From: an uncultured Bacilli bacterium
GTDB taxonomy: Bacteria; Bacillota_I; Bacilli_A; RFN20; CAG-288
Reading direction: 5' to 3'
Length of the DNA stretch: 64,000 bases
NCBI GenBank assembly: GCA_934725685.1
Contig: CAKVBX010000001.1
Location: 7,753 to 71,752, forward strand
Shown here: one piece after another, positions 36,701 to 45,933 of the stretch
How positions within the stretch are numbered: position 1 is the first letter of the stretch
Layout of the letters: each line of letters begins with the position of its first letter
Notes under the pieces: model-generated
Databases searched by the model: none
Told to the model about the DNA's origin: nothing
The model's input: the letters and a program-made list of their open reading frames with translations, nothing else
Program-made: the position numbers and the translations under genes

Positions 36701-36799
36701 TTCCTCTTCCCTACGATAGGAAGCAAACAAGCTTCTAGCAGGCAACAGATGAATTCCATAGACCGATTTATCAAAGAGAATCTGCTTGTAATCAAACAT
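33785..36799 (-). CDS. lacZ: GH2 beta-galactosidase (LacZ-like)
   Basis: 1004 aa. NAIRTSHYPN, SLGNEAG (acid/base), YLQCEYAHAMGNS (nucleophile region), WSAETPNLYHL, GG(D/F)IWDY motifs. Confidence 0.85.
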   Translation of the reverse strand: MFDYKQILFDKSVYGIHLLPARSLFASYRREEELLTGKTEESNLSGIWKGRFFEDYPEDISKLLKEDYDFTSERDIEVPLSIELQGITKPQYVNTEYPFDGTNRSENGDPLTVKNPCMLYFRDVFVEEKGDDVFRLDVKGFESGLFVYVNGEEVGYSENLYLDSEFDVTPFLKEGKNRIALLCFRYSSSSWLLDQDFFRFTGLFRDVTLFRLPKQHLDDIRIQSEVDLEKRTAEVTVSLSGPLEGVTKILSLQNQDGEEIDRIVFEGMDCHFSMNDIALWSAETPNLYHLVLTLKKEGEVIEIIKEHFGLKKVEIKDGILLMNGKRMVINGIDRHEWNPERGRNITLEDLSFDGEFLKENNVNAIRTSHYPNRNEFYDMADEKGFYVMDEACLESHGTILSYRGWVEDDTPLPASRAEWKHICIEKVKRMYLRDKNHPSIFMYSLGNEAGRGEVFRKMKAALKQLDSTLLVHYEGYNLREEWSDLSDVTSTMYAKPKDIPAILERFPNKPYLQCEYAHAMGNSLGNLKEYHELVRAYPNYQGGFIWDYIDQGLYTDGQKKTNALHFGGDYLDKPNDHDFCCNGVIFADRKNAQKSSKALAMKHHYQPFYISRSDNGILLENELLFVIGTYRIVISVSSSAGKKILAEKDIAILPGEKKEIPLSVSPSETGFLIVEVFLTEPMLGRKGDDLISYQYFPLKPEEARESEKTYPITITKGNFNIGVTCGKLSLLFSLTNLSFALSGLISVKVDGEEYLALTAVPTIFRATTNNDQTNDFLTRSRLALSYSRFMKVDVSQIKWEQKKDSFSISYHYLMDEKEKKGMTVTYRVNTHAELLIEVEYEPVFGLDTLGEIALALPMAKSVNSLRYFGRKMESYPDRKEGNPIGWYSMTCEEGYTDYIYPQENGNHEDTSVLILSNERTKLKFTSLDKNFSFRYQEYDPIAIDAAKHREELVKSNRNYLEIIGFMRGIGGDDSWGAPVHPQYEIDGKVGHRFRFLMKAEERED

Positions 36800-36977
36800 A
36801 ATGGCACCTCAGTTATTTTGCTTGTCTCATCGACAATATTTTACTATAAACCCCTATGATTTCAACAGCGTTAACGTTAACATTAGATTCATGTGATACA
36901 TTAATCCTAACGTTGTCTTTCTGCTTGCTTCCCCTTATCTCCCCCGATATACTAAAAGACCGAAGGGATAAACTATT

Positions 36978-38051
36978 ATGAAAATCTATCACGAGAACGA
37001 GTTACGTTTGCTACAGAAGGACGTCTACTTCTTCGTCACCGAAGAGGACAAACTGGAAAAAGGGGCCAAAGGCATCGCCAAGATCCGCTATGCCGAAGGT
37101 TCTCTCTATACGGGACCGGTCGAATTCACCGGCAAGTCATTTGAGAAAATCGGTTATGGGAGACAGGATTTCACCGAATCCTATATCGATTGCGACGAAG
37201 TCGGAGGACCGGTCGGCGACAAGCTCTATCTTTATGAGGGAATGTTCGACTATAAGGTCACCCAGTGGATCTATGGAGATGGCATCTTCTACTTCATGAA
37301 GGACGGAAAACCGGATAGCTATTATGCCGGAAAATTCGCCGGCACCGGACTGATCGGCGAATATGAAGGACCGGAGATTGATACCGTCCTTCTCCCTACG
37401 TTCCGCAACACAAAAAGACTAACCTCCCTCACCCCACACAAAGCAAGAATCGATGGCATGATCGACAGCATGAAGAAAAAGGGAAAGACGGATTACCTCT
37501 TCCTAGGAGACAGCTATCTCGACTTCATGAACGGACATCATACCGAGGAAGGAGAATCCCTTTTTTCCTACTACACTAGAGGAAAAGATGCCTTCAATGC
37601 CGGAATCGGCGGATTCCGTTTCTCGGATTTTCTGCCGTTCCTCCGGGAACTCATCGAAAGCGGAAAACCGGACAATCTGATTGTCAATCTCGGTTTCAAC
37701 GATCTCCACGCCGGAAAAACGCCGGAAGGCGTCATCTCTGACATGAAAGAGTTTTTATCGATTGTTCATGAAATCGTTCCTGACTGTGATGTCTATTTCC
37801 TGACTGTCTGTCACTTTCCCGCCTTCCCGCTTTTCCGTGACAAGGAAGACGAGCTCAACAGGCTGATGAAAGGACTTGAGGAAAACAAGAAAGTCCATAT
37901 CATCGAAGCCGATACTGCCTTCGAAGAAGTCAAAAAAAGAGGAGAAGATTTCTCCCCTTATACCGAAAGTGACTTGATCCATCCGACCAACAAAGGTTAT
38001 GAAATCTGGATGGCAAAGATTCTTCCTGAAATCAAAGGTTATCAGAACTAG
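36978..38051 (+). CDS. MORN-like repeat + SGNH/GDSL hydrolase domain protein
   Basis: C-terminal DYLFLGDSYLDF (GDS block), GFNDL and DLIHPT (SGNH blocks III and V). N-terminus has Gly/Tyr-rich MORN-like repeats. Confidence 0.55.
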   Translation: MKIYHENELRLLQKDVYFFVTEEDKLEKGAKGIAKIRYAEGSLYTGPVEFTGKSFEKIGYGRQDFTESYIDCDEVGGPVGDKLYLYEGMFDYKVTQWIYGDGIFYFMKDGKPDSYYAGKFAGTGLIGEYEGPEIDTVLLPTFRNTKRLTSLTPHKARIDGMIDSMKKKGKTDYLFLGDSYLDFMNGHHTEEGESLFSYYTRGKDAFNAGIGGFRFSDFLPFLRELIESGKPDNLIVNLGFNDLHAGKTPEGVISDMKEFLSIVHEIVPDCDVYFLTVCHFPAFPLFRDKEDELNRLMKGLEENKKVHIIEADTAFEEVKKRGEDFSPYTESDLIHPTNKGYEIWMAKILPEIKGYQN

Positions 38052-38965
38052 TCATCGTCGTCATCGAGGATAGCGGCTTGACCAAGCCGCTTTTCCAATG
38101 CAGGAATATCCACGGAGGAACCAATAAATACGGCCTTAGATTCTGACTCTTCAAATTCACGGATGGAATATAAGGAATCGACATAATCAAACTGAAGCAT
38201 TCCAAACGGCGAGGATAAAATGCCTTTTGCCCTCCGAATGTTTCCGTACCTTCCACGGGAAATCTCATCCAGGAGATTCACAAGAAAAACCACATTGGGA
38301 ATCGTGAGTGAGACAAAGGAGACGCTCTCCATTTTCACCATCTTCTTTGAAGTAGATGGTTTTTCCTTCTCGTTCCTTCCTTCCAACATCGCAAGAAAGA
38401 ACGCAACCGGGAGTGACTTATAGTCCTCTTTAATTATAGAAGTATTTCCTTTGGCAATTTTCAGAATACGCTGATAAACAAAATCCTTCTCTTTATTCGA
38501 AAGAGATTCCATCTTGGAAAGAAAGACATAGCGGCTCTGTTCAATCTGGTCTAGGAAAATCCCGTTGAAATCCGTGGTTCCGTTGAGAACGGCAAGCCCA
38601 TCCACAATACAGATAGGATTGAGAATCTCGATTCGGGAATAGGAAATCCGATTCAGATTATTCCGGATATTAGTAAGGGAACCGACACCAGTCGGTTCCA
38701 CAATCAGATAATCCGGATTGATGGTGTTTGCAATGGTCAGGCAGGTAGACGCGAACTCACCCTTGGTCGAACAGCAGATACAGCCAGAGGTGAGTTCGTA
38801 AATCTTCATAGTATCATTTTCTTCGCGGAGCACAGCTTCATCGACATTGACGGCACCGAACTCATTCTCAAGGATACAGAAAAGCCTGCCTGTCTTTCTG
38901 GAAAACTCTTTGATGAACGTGGTTTTGCCGGCACCGAGAAATCCAGAGACAACCAGGATTTTCAT
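38048..38965 (-). CDS. COG0523 (CobW/ZigA-like) G3E-family GTPase, putative metallochaperone
   Basis: Start MKILVVSGFLGAGKTT (Walker A) with the CxCC motif GCICCS. Its ATG is 2 nt after the TAA of the upstream ADH gene. Confidence 0.7.
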   Translation of the reverse strand: MKILVVSGFLGAGKTTFIKEFSRKTGRLFCILENEFGAVNVDEAVLREENDTMKIYELTSGCICCSTKGEFASTCLTIANTINPDYLIVEPTGVGSLTNIRNNLNRISYSRIEILNPICIVDGLAVLNGTTDFNGIFLDQIEQSRYVFLSKMESLSNKEKDFVYQRILKIAKGNTSIIKEDYKSLPVAFFLAMLEGRNEKEKPSTSKKMVKMESVSFVSLTIPNVVFLVNLLDEISRGRYGNIRRAKGILSSPFGMLQFDYVDSLYSIREFEESESKAVFIGSSVDIPALEKRLGQAAILDDDDD

Positions 38966-38967
38966 GC

Positions 38968-40029
38968 TTACTTCTCGATTCTGACGACAGGCTTGATGAG
39001 ATCGGCCGGTTTGTCTCTCATGAGGAACAGCGCTTCTTCGAGATGGTCCCATCCATCAAAGACATGACTGACCAAATGATGGACATCGAGTCTGCCGGAG
39101 GAGACAAGAGAACCGAGTTTTTCCATTCTGAGTCTTCCGCCGGGCATGAGGCCGCCGTTGATTTGCTTATGACCCATACCGACACCCCATTCAATTCTGG
39201 GGATATTGACATACTGACCGCTGCCAAGGTAATTGACGTTACCGATTTTTCCGCCTGCCTTGAGACACCGGATAGCAGGTTCAAATGTTGTACAGTCGCC
39301 ACCGGCGATGATGACCTTATCGACCCCTTTTCCGTCCGTCATCCTGAGGACCTGCTCATCGATGGGGCCATTCTTGTAGGAAATGAAATCCGTGGCACCA
39401 TATTTCTTGGCGGCTTCAACGCAGACCGGTCTTGTTCCGACTGCGATGATACGAGAGGCACCTCTTAAAGAAGCGCCGGCAACAGACATGAGACCGACAG
39501 GGCCGATACCGATAACGAGGACACTATCACCGAACTGAACATCGGCAAGTTCGACACCATGAAAACCAGTAGGAACCATGTCAGAAAGCATACAGGCATC
39601 GACAGGGTCGATATTGGACGGGAGAATGGCAAGGTTGCCGTCTGCATCGTTGACATGGAAATATTCGGAGAAGACACCGTCTTTGAAGTTGGAAAATTTC
39701 CAGCCGCAAAGCATACCACCGGAATGCATGGAATAGCCGGCCTGAGCCTCGAGGGAATTCCAGTCCGGAGTGATGGCAGGGACGAGAACTCTGTCACCAG
39801 GTTTGAAATCCTTGACAAGGGAGCCGACCTTGACGACTTCACCACAGGCTTCATGACCGAGAATCATGTTGTGTCTATCGCCGATGGCTCCTTCCCATAA
39901 CGTATGGACGTCAGACGTACAGATAGCGACTGCGAGCGGTTTGACAATGGCATCGAGAGGGCCGATTTCAGGGATATCCTTTTCGATCCATCCGGATTCG
40001 CCAATCTTCAGCATTGCGTAACCTTTCAT
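38968..40029 (-). CDS. NADP-dependent secondary (isopropanol-type) zinc alcohol dehydrogenase, TbADH/CbADH family
   Basis: 353 aa, collinear with Thermoanaerobacter brockii sADH: MKGYAMLKIG..WIEK..P..GP.DAIV.PLAVA.CTSD.HT..EGAIG.RHNMILGHEA.GEVV.VGS.VKDFKPGDRV.VPAITPDW. Confidence 0.85.
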   Translation of the reverse strand: MKGYAMLKIGESGWIEKDIPEIGPLDAIVKPLAVAICTSDVHTLWEGAIGDRHNMILGHEACGEVVKVGSLVKDFKPGDRVLVPAITPDWNSLEAQAGYSMHSGGMLCGWKFSNFKDGVFSEYFHVNDADGNLAILPSNIDPVDACMLSDMVPTGFHGVELADVQFGDSVLVIGIGPVGLMSVAGASLRGASRIIAVGTRPVCVEAAKKYGATDFISYKNGPIDEQVLRMTDGKGVDKVIIAGGDCTTFEPAIRCLKAGGKIGNVNYLGSGQYVNIPRIEWGVGMGHKQINGGLMPGGRLRMEKLGSLVSSGRLDVHHLVSHVFDGWDHLEEALFLMRDKPADLIKPVVRIEK

Positions 40030-40379
40030 GTGTTACCTCCTATTTAGATGGCAACATACTAACCGATGACATGCAATAATTGCAAGTGAAATGATGAAAG
40101 GGCTTTATAAGTTGTATTCTCGTGCTCGTGTCGCCTCATTTTCTTCTGATTCGCGCAAATATCAGTCATAAATCTGAAACGATTGTAACACACTATTTTT
40201 ACTGATTTTTTTGGAAAATACCTAATAGTATTTATATTTTTGTAATTTGATACATAGAGATATACAGTTAGTAATCTGTGCAACTATTACCATTTCGCAT
40301 AAAACGAAGCACCGAAGCAGTAGGTTTTTCTGATAAGCGCTTTCATAGCTGAAATGCTAAATAAGCAACGAAAGACGCT

Positions 40380-40419
40380 CAATAAACAAAACGCAACAAA
40401 TACACCTCTGCTGCGTTTT
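40380..40419 (-). terminator. rho-independent terminator of the NUDIX gene
   Basis: AAAACGCA-16 nt-TGCGTTTT read on the minus strand, followed by a U-rich tract. Confidence 0.55.
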
Positions 40420-40446
40420 GTCATGGATGAATTTCATTTTCTCATT

Positions 40447-41058
40447 CTACTTTGCAAAATGCTCTAAAAGATAAAGAATCAGAAGGCGGGCAGAATTGGA
40501 AAACAAAACCGAAGAATCGGATAACATTCTTTTCACATTCGTTGCAGAATATAATCCAGAACTGATATCCTCGAATTCCTCTTTGTCATCCTTTCCTCTT
40601 GTACCGAGTTCTGCCAGTACCACGGCATTGCATTCATCGGAGAGACCTTCCGAAGTCGGAGAAGGCTGTAAAAGAAGTTCACAGGAAATCAAGGAATAGC
40701 CGGTCTCTTCCTTTAATTCCCGTTCTGCGGTCTTTCTGACATCTTCCTCACCGGGATCGACAAGACCAGCCGGGAAAGAATAGACATCCCGGTTCAAGGC
40801 AGGACGGAACTGCTTTTCCAGAAGAAGATAAAGCATTCCGTCTACGATTTTATAGCAGCCAATCAATACAGCATCCGGTTTATCGAACGCTCCACGGAAG
40901 ACACGGAGTCCCTCTTTCTTCTCGTTTCGAGAAGCGACAAAATAGGAATATTCTTTTTCTTTTCCTTCCTCAGAAGTCACCTGATAGTGAACCGTATAGA
41001 AGTTGAGAAAACGATGATTTGTCTCTTTGTCAACACCGACCAATTTCCAATGCATCAT
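40447..41058 (-). CDS. NUDIX hydrolase (ADP-ribose pyrophosphatase-like)
   Basis: Nudix box GLVDPGEEDVRKTAERELKEETGY. Confidence 0.75.
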   Translation of the reverse strand: MMHWKLVGVDKETNHRFLNFYTVHYQVTSEEGKEKEYSYFVASRNEKKEGLRVFRGAFDKPDAVLIGCYKIVDGMLYLLLEKQFRPALNRDVYSFPAGLVDPGEEDVRKTAERELKEETGYSLISCELLLQPSPTSEGLSDECNAVVLAELGTRGKDDKEEFEDISSGLYSATNVKRMLSDSSVLFSNSARLLILYLLEHFAK

Positions 41059-41214
41059 AGGACAATAATCTCCTTATCCTGAAAAGTATAATCCTCCTCC
41101 CTCTATTTTCAATACTCCATCCTTATCTTCCTTTTCGTAATCCTCTCATCATTAATAATATTGTGAGAATAAACCCCTTACATCCTATAAAATAAACAAG
41201 AAGGAGCCTTTCTT

Positions 41215-42915
41215 ATGAAGACAAAACTTTATCAGCTTATACCGCTTTCTCTCCTCCTTGTCCTCCCACCCCTTTCGACCACGGAAAACGAATTCACTCC
41301 ACCGAAGAGCTATACCAAACTGAGTGAAGGCGTCTTTGTTTCGAAAGCACCCGGATTTTATCCCGGTGCCATCCAGGTCTCCTTTGCTCTCGATCCCAGC
41401 CTTGAACTGTATTACAGTTTCTCCGCGGATACCAACACTATCGACAGCATGACCAAATACGAAACTGCCATCCGTGTCGACAAAAAAGGTGACCATCAAA
41501 AGTCAGATTACCCTTTGACAACATCTGTCGATGCCATCCTACCGGAAGATAAAGAGGGCAAGTGTGTCTCCGATACTTACATCAACAATATTCAGAAAAC
41601 AGGAAACTACGTTTTCTATGACAAACAGCCCGTCCTCTTTATCCAAGTCAGGAATAAAGAGACGAAGGAGACCATATTAAAACGCTCCCTTACCTATCTA
41701 ATCAAAGACGAAATCACGACAAATATCGATATCCCCGTCATCTCCCTGTCGCTGCCTTATGAGGAGGTGTTCGGAAAAACGAACGGCTTCTACAATAAAA
41801 TCCGCGAGGACATTTCCAAGAGGGCCAATCTCGAATACTTCGATCCAGCCTATCAAGAAAGTTTCTACCGGAACACACAGATCAAGCTCGGCGGAAACTG
41901 GACTCTCGGTTATCCGCAGAGAACATTGAATCTCAACTTCAATAAGGATGAGAGCGGAAAAAAGAACGAAAAAGTCACCGAACATGTCTTTGAAGAACGG
42001 ACCAAAAGAGCGGAGAACAAACGTTTATCCCAACTGACAAGATTCCGTCTCCACAACGGCGGAAATGCGTTTGAGTCCTCCACAAGAATCAATGATGCTG
42101 TCCTTCAGAGAATCATGGAAAAGAGCAATGCCGCAACAACCGGATACCGGCCGACCGTCGTCTATCTCAACGGCGAATACTGGGGACTGATGTCGATTCG
42201 AGAGCACTACAAAGATGTCTATTTCGAGAACAACTACAATGTCGACAAAGACAATGTCATCACGTATGATCTCAAAGGCAGTTTTTCCGTCGACGAAGGG
42301 GATGAGACAAGAGGAAAGGAAAAACTCCAGGAGATGGAAGACTATCTTTCCTCTCACGATTTATCAAATGATTCTGCCTATCAGACTTTCCTCGATCAGT
42401 ATCTTGACTTAGACTCATTCCTCGATGTCGTCCTTGCCCAGGCCTACTCAGGAAACTGGGACTTCATCGGCAATTTCAACAACCTGAAAATGTGGACGGT
42501 AGATGTGAGCAATCCTGGTAGTAAATATGAAGATGGCAAATTCCGTTTTGTCCTTCATGATACTGATTTTGCTTTTACTTCCTATGACAATCCACTCTCC
42601 CCATATCACTCCAATTCCTATAGTAAGTTCCCGCTGATGCAACATCTTCTAAAAAATCAGTCATTCAAAAATTCCATGATTCAAAGAACGGAAGAACTGA
42701 TGGATACGCTTTTTAGTCCCTATCACTGTTCTGACGTGCTCAATCAGATGATGGAGGAAATCCGTCCTTACCGGATGATTTCGGATCTTCGCTGGGGACA
42801 GAAAGAAAGTGACCTCTCTTCCTGGAACCTAGAAATCAACAAGACCTTTACCTACTTCGAAAGGAAAGAGAAGACATTCCTCAACGACGTAAGAAACATC
42901 ATGATGATGTACTAG
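41215..42915 (+). CDS. secreted CotH-family (kinase-like) protein
   Basis: Signal peptide. VVYLNGEYWGLMSIREHYKD matches the CotH core motif (..LNGEY.GLY...E). HDTDFAF also present. Confidence 0.5.
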   Translation: MKTKLYQLIPLSLLLVLPPLSTTENEFTPPKSYTKLSEGVFVSKAPGFYPGAIQVSFALDPSLELYYSFSADTNTIDSMTKYETAIRVDKKGDHQKSDYPLTTSVDAILPEDKEGKCVSDTYINNIQKTGNYVFYDKQPVLFIQVRNKETKETILKRSLTYLIKDEITTNIDIPVISLSLPYEEVFGKTNGFYNKIREDISKRANLEYFDPAYQESFYRNTQIKLGGNWTLGYPQRTLNLNFNKDESGKKNEKVTEHVFEERTKRAENKRLSQLTRFRLHNGGNAFESSTRINDAVLQRIMEKSNAATTGYRPTVVYLNGEYWGLMSIREHYKDVYFENNYNVDKDNVITYDLKGSFSVDEGDETRGKEKLQEMEDYLSSHDLSNDSAYQTFLDQYLDLDSFLDVVLAQAYSGNWDFIGNFNNLKMWTVDVSNPGSKYEDGKFRFVLHDTDFAFTSYDNPLSPYHSNSYSKFPLMQHLLKNQSFKNSMIQRTEELMDTLFSPYHCSDVLNQMMEEIRPYRMISDLRWGQKESDLSSWNLEINKTFTYFERKEKTFLNDVRNIMMMY

Positions 42916-42924
42916 GAGTCAACC

Positions 42925-44547
42925 ATGAAAAAGAATCTAGTCTTATTATCCTTTCTCGTTCTTCTTGCTTCCTGTGGAAAAGAGAGTTCCACTATCACCG
43001 ACAAAGAAACCGAGGCACCGAAAACCGAGACAGCAATGGAAACAAACGAGCCTTCCATATCCGACAGAGAAGATACTTCAGAATCGGATTCACAAAAATC
43101 AGAATACTCTCTTTTGAATATCACCTACATCTTTGAAAACGGAACATTTCTTTCGCGTGAGACAAAAAGAATAAGAATCGGAGAAATGTATCAATTTGAG
43201 CCCTCTCTCTCCTTCCCTTTCATGAAACCTGACATCCAGGAAATCAAAGGGGTCAAGCAGGAGAAAGAAGAAGATATTCTCATCACCTATTCTTATGACG
43301 GAACGATGCTGGAGACTCCCGTTCCTTCCTCTCAGTACAGCGGCTTCATGATCGACGAAGAAAAGGGAATCTCCTTCTCCTTCCTTACAGGTCAGACAGA
43401 GAGCGGTCAGGTCCTTCTAAAAGGCGATAACTTTTCCATCCAGACAAACGGCATCGAAGCAGGAGGGAGATTCCTATCCTTCGTTGACGGACTATCGGAA
43501 GAGAGTTTCGCCTCCTCATCTTTTGTCAACAGCAAAGAAGAAAGTGCTCTGTTCACCTATTCTTTTTTCTCGGATAAGGCCGTCTTTTACAAGAACAGTC
43601 ATCGGATGGTCACATTCTTCAACAACAGAACAAGCCAGGGAAACGATCCTGTCTATTCCACAATCTATCACACCATGATGGAAGAACTGGAAAAATCCGG
43701 ATTCACCTTAGGGAAGGAAACAATCCATGGCCTCTCCATGCAATGCGGTGTCACGGAAAAGCAGGTGCAGAAAACCCTCTCCTCTTATCTTGTCACCGAA
43801 GTCGAATTCGTCGAGAAGGAAACCGGAGTCCTTCAAGGAAGAAAATCAAAAATCGGAAAAGAAAGCTATTCCTACGCCTTTGAGTCCTTGAACATTCCCG
43901 GATATCAGGTAACCGATCAGAGTCTTCTCTCCGGAACCGCAACAGAATCAAAGACAATCCAAATCGAAGACCAGTTCACCGGAACAGAACATAGTCTCAA
44001 GACAAACAGCATTGACCGCTCCAATTCCTATGGCTGGGCCGACCAATCCAAGTGGCTCAAGTATGCCACGGACCTCACCGGAGACTTCACCATGAAAGTG
44101 TCCCTTACCAATTTCGGAGCAAGCAGCTACACTTCCGAAACCGCCAAAGGCGGGGATATCTGTTGGAGAACACTCCTCCCCATCGTCTATGACAGCGAGA
44201 CCGGGGATGACTGGGTGATGCGTTTCGACTGGTATGGTTGGATGAACGACAACAACAAGGACGGGAAAAAGCTCGGGACCGCTGCCAATTATAATGATGG
44301 CATCAGCTATGTCTACAGCTATGACAATGACCTCTATCCAATCTATCGGAACATGGATGTCGATCTCACCTATACTAGACGCGGAGCGACCTTGACGGTG
44401 GACGCTCTCATCAAACCGAACAATGCTCCTTATCGGGGACAGCACTATGACTATCACTGCTCCTTATCCGGAATCCAGACAAAAAAACTGTCCTTCGCCT
44501 TATCGGCAGAGGACAGCAAAGGAACAATAAACAGTCTCCGTTACTAA
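42925..44547 (+). CDS. lipoprotein, unknown function (540 aa)
   Basis: Lipobox LLAS-C. RBS AGGAG. 10 nt downstream of the CotH gene. Confidence 0.55.
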   Translation: MKKNLVLLSFLVLLASCGKESSTITDKETEAPKTETAMETNEPSISDREDTSESDSQKSEYSLLNITYIFENGTFLSRETKRIRIGEMYQFEPSLSFPFMKPDIQEIKGVKQEKEEDILITYSYDGTMLETPVPSSQYSGFMIDEEKGISFSFLTGQTESGQVLLKGDNFSIQTNGIEAGGRFLSFVDGLSEESFASSSFVNSKEESALFTYSFFSDKAVFYKNSHRMVTFFNNRTSQGNDPVYSTIYHTMMEELEKSGFTLGKETIHGLSMQCGVTEKQVQKTLSSYLVTEVEFVEKETGVLQGRKSKIGKESYSYAFESLNIPGYQVTDQSLLSGTATESKTIQIEDQFTGTEHSLKTNSIDRSNSYGWADQSKWLKYATDLTGDFTMKVSLTNFGASSYTSETAKGGDICWRTLLPIVYDSETGDDWVMRFDWYGWMNDNNKDGKKLGTAANYNDGISYVYSYDNDLYPIYRNMDVDLTYTRRGATLTVDALIKPNNAPYRGQHYDYHCSLSGIQTKKLSFALSAEDSKGTINSLRY

Positions 44548-44849
44548 GCTTCAGAACCGGCTTTCTTTCTCTTGCGAATAAAGATTACAAGAAGAACGAT
44601 TCCTAAAATGAAGAGCACAGCTGCAAGAATTCCGAAAAAGTAAGTAAGGAACTCGTACCGATGGACGAGAGCCTCCTGAGCAAGATAGGCTTCGCTGCCT
44701 TTGTCGTAGCCAGCAAGTCCCATCGCCGCAAAAACAGTGACGATCAAAAATACGAGGCATCCGACTAAACTGCCACCACCGCAGAGTAAAAAGGCGACAC
44801 CTCCGATGATACCGGCATTGCTTTTTCCTTTATTCGTCAGTTTTTTCAT
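44544..44849 (-). CDS. small 2-TM membrane protein
   Basis: 101 aa with Gly-rich TM helices. Convergent with and overlapping the stop of the 42925 gene. Confidence 0.45.
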   Translation of the reverse strand: MKKLTNKGKSNAGIIGGVAFLLCGGGSLVGCLVFLIVTVFAAMGLAGYDKGSEAYLAQEALVHRYEFLTYFFGILAAVLFILGIVLLVIFIRKRKKAGSEA

Positions 44850-45033
44850 GATGATTCATCAGACATTTGCTGTCTGCTCCTTGCTTTATTCTAACCTATG
44901 GAGAAGTTGTTTGGCAACTGCAAAAAGCAGTGTGTTTCCAGAAGCCCATGAAAACTGTTCACTTTCCTAATTTTTATATCTTCAAAAAAACAGGTCCTCT
45001 TTTATGAAAACCTGTTTAATCAAAAGACAACTT

Positions 45034-45933
45034 CTATTTGGATTTTTTCTTGTTTTCTATGATTTCCTTTATATCCTGCGGCGTATAGACATAGGACTTT
45101 CCACAGAAATCACAGCCGACATGAATATCCTTCCCCTCCTGAATCATGGAGAGAAGTTCTTCGTCTTTCAAAGTTGCGAGGACTTCCTTCCCGCGTTCGA
45201 AGGAGCAGTTGCAATGCCAGGACACCGGCTTTTTGTCGGTAATCTGAAGATCAAATCCATCGAGAACGATAGCGAGCATTTCCTCGATTGTTTTCCCTTG
45301 GCGGAGAATATCCGTGACACCGGAGACCTTCCTCAGGTTCTCTTCGAGATGTTCGATGACTTCCTTCTTTGTGAACGGCATAAGCTGCACGATGAATCCG
45401 CCGGCAGCACGGACCGTGTTGTCATGATTCATGAGCACACCAAGTCCGACCGAAGTCGGAACCTGTTCCGACTGGGCGAAATAATAGGTGAGATCATCGG
45501 CAATCTCTCCGGAATGAAGCGGAATCGAAGAGACATAGGGTTCCTTTAGTCCCATATCGCGGATGACGGTGAGAGAGCCGCCTCTTCCGATGGCACCTCC
45601 GATATCAAAATGGCCGTCCGCTTTCGGAGGGAGCATGACCTCCGGATTGGAAACATAGCCGCGCACCGTCCCCAGAAGATTGGAGGTGACAATGACATGT
45701 TTCATCGGGCCATCACCGAGTAACTGTAAGGTGAGCTTGTCTTCGTCAGACTTAAGCATCTGACCCATCATCAGACCCGCCGACATCAATCGGCCGAGCG
45801 CCGCGGTCGCAATCGGAGAATTGTCGTGGATTTTTCTGGCATATTCCGTAATGCCGGTCGTTTCCACGGCAAAGGCACGGATTTGCTCCTTTGCCGCCAT
45901 AGCGCGGATCAGATAATCGTGTTCCATTGTCAT
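45034..45933 (-). CDS. hslO: redox-regulated chaperone Hsp33
   Basis: C-terminal zinc centre CNCSFERG...VGCDFCGKSY (CxC...CxxC). N-terminal DYLIRAMAA..IRAFAV.TT. Confidence 0.85.
   Translation of the reverse strand: MTMEHDYLIRAMAAKEQIRAFAVETTGITEYARKIHDNSPIATAALGRLMSAGLMMGQMLKSDEDKLTLQLLGDGPMKHVIVTSNLLGTVRGYVSNPEVMLPPKADGHFDIGGAIGRGGSLTVIRDMGLKEPYVSSIPLHSGEIADDLTYYFAQSEQVPTSVGLGVLMNHDNTVRAAGGFIVQLMPFTKKEVIEHLEENLRKVSGVTDILRQGKTIEEMLAIVLDGFDLQITDKKPVSWHCNCSFERGKEVLATLKDEELLSMIQEGKDIHVGCDFCGKSYVYTPQDIKEIIENKKKSK

Noticed and set aside
35246-36859. 267-aa and 235-aa plus-strand ORFs antisense to lacZ
   Set aside because: They are shadow ORFs inside a clear GH2 beta-galactosidase gene.
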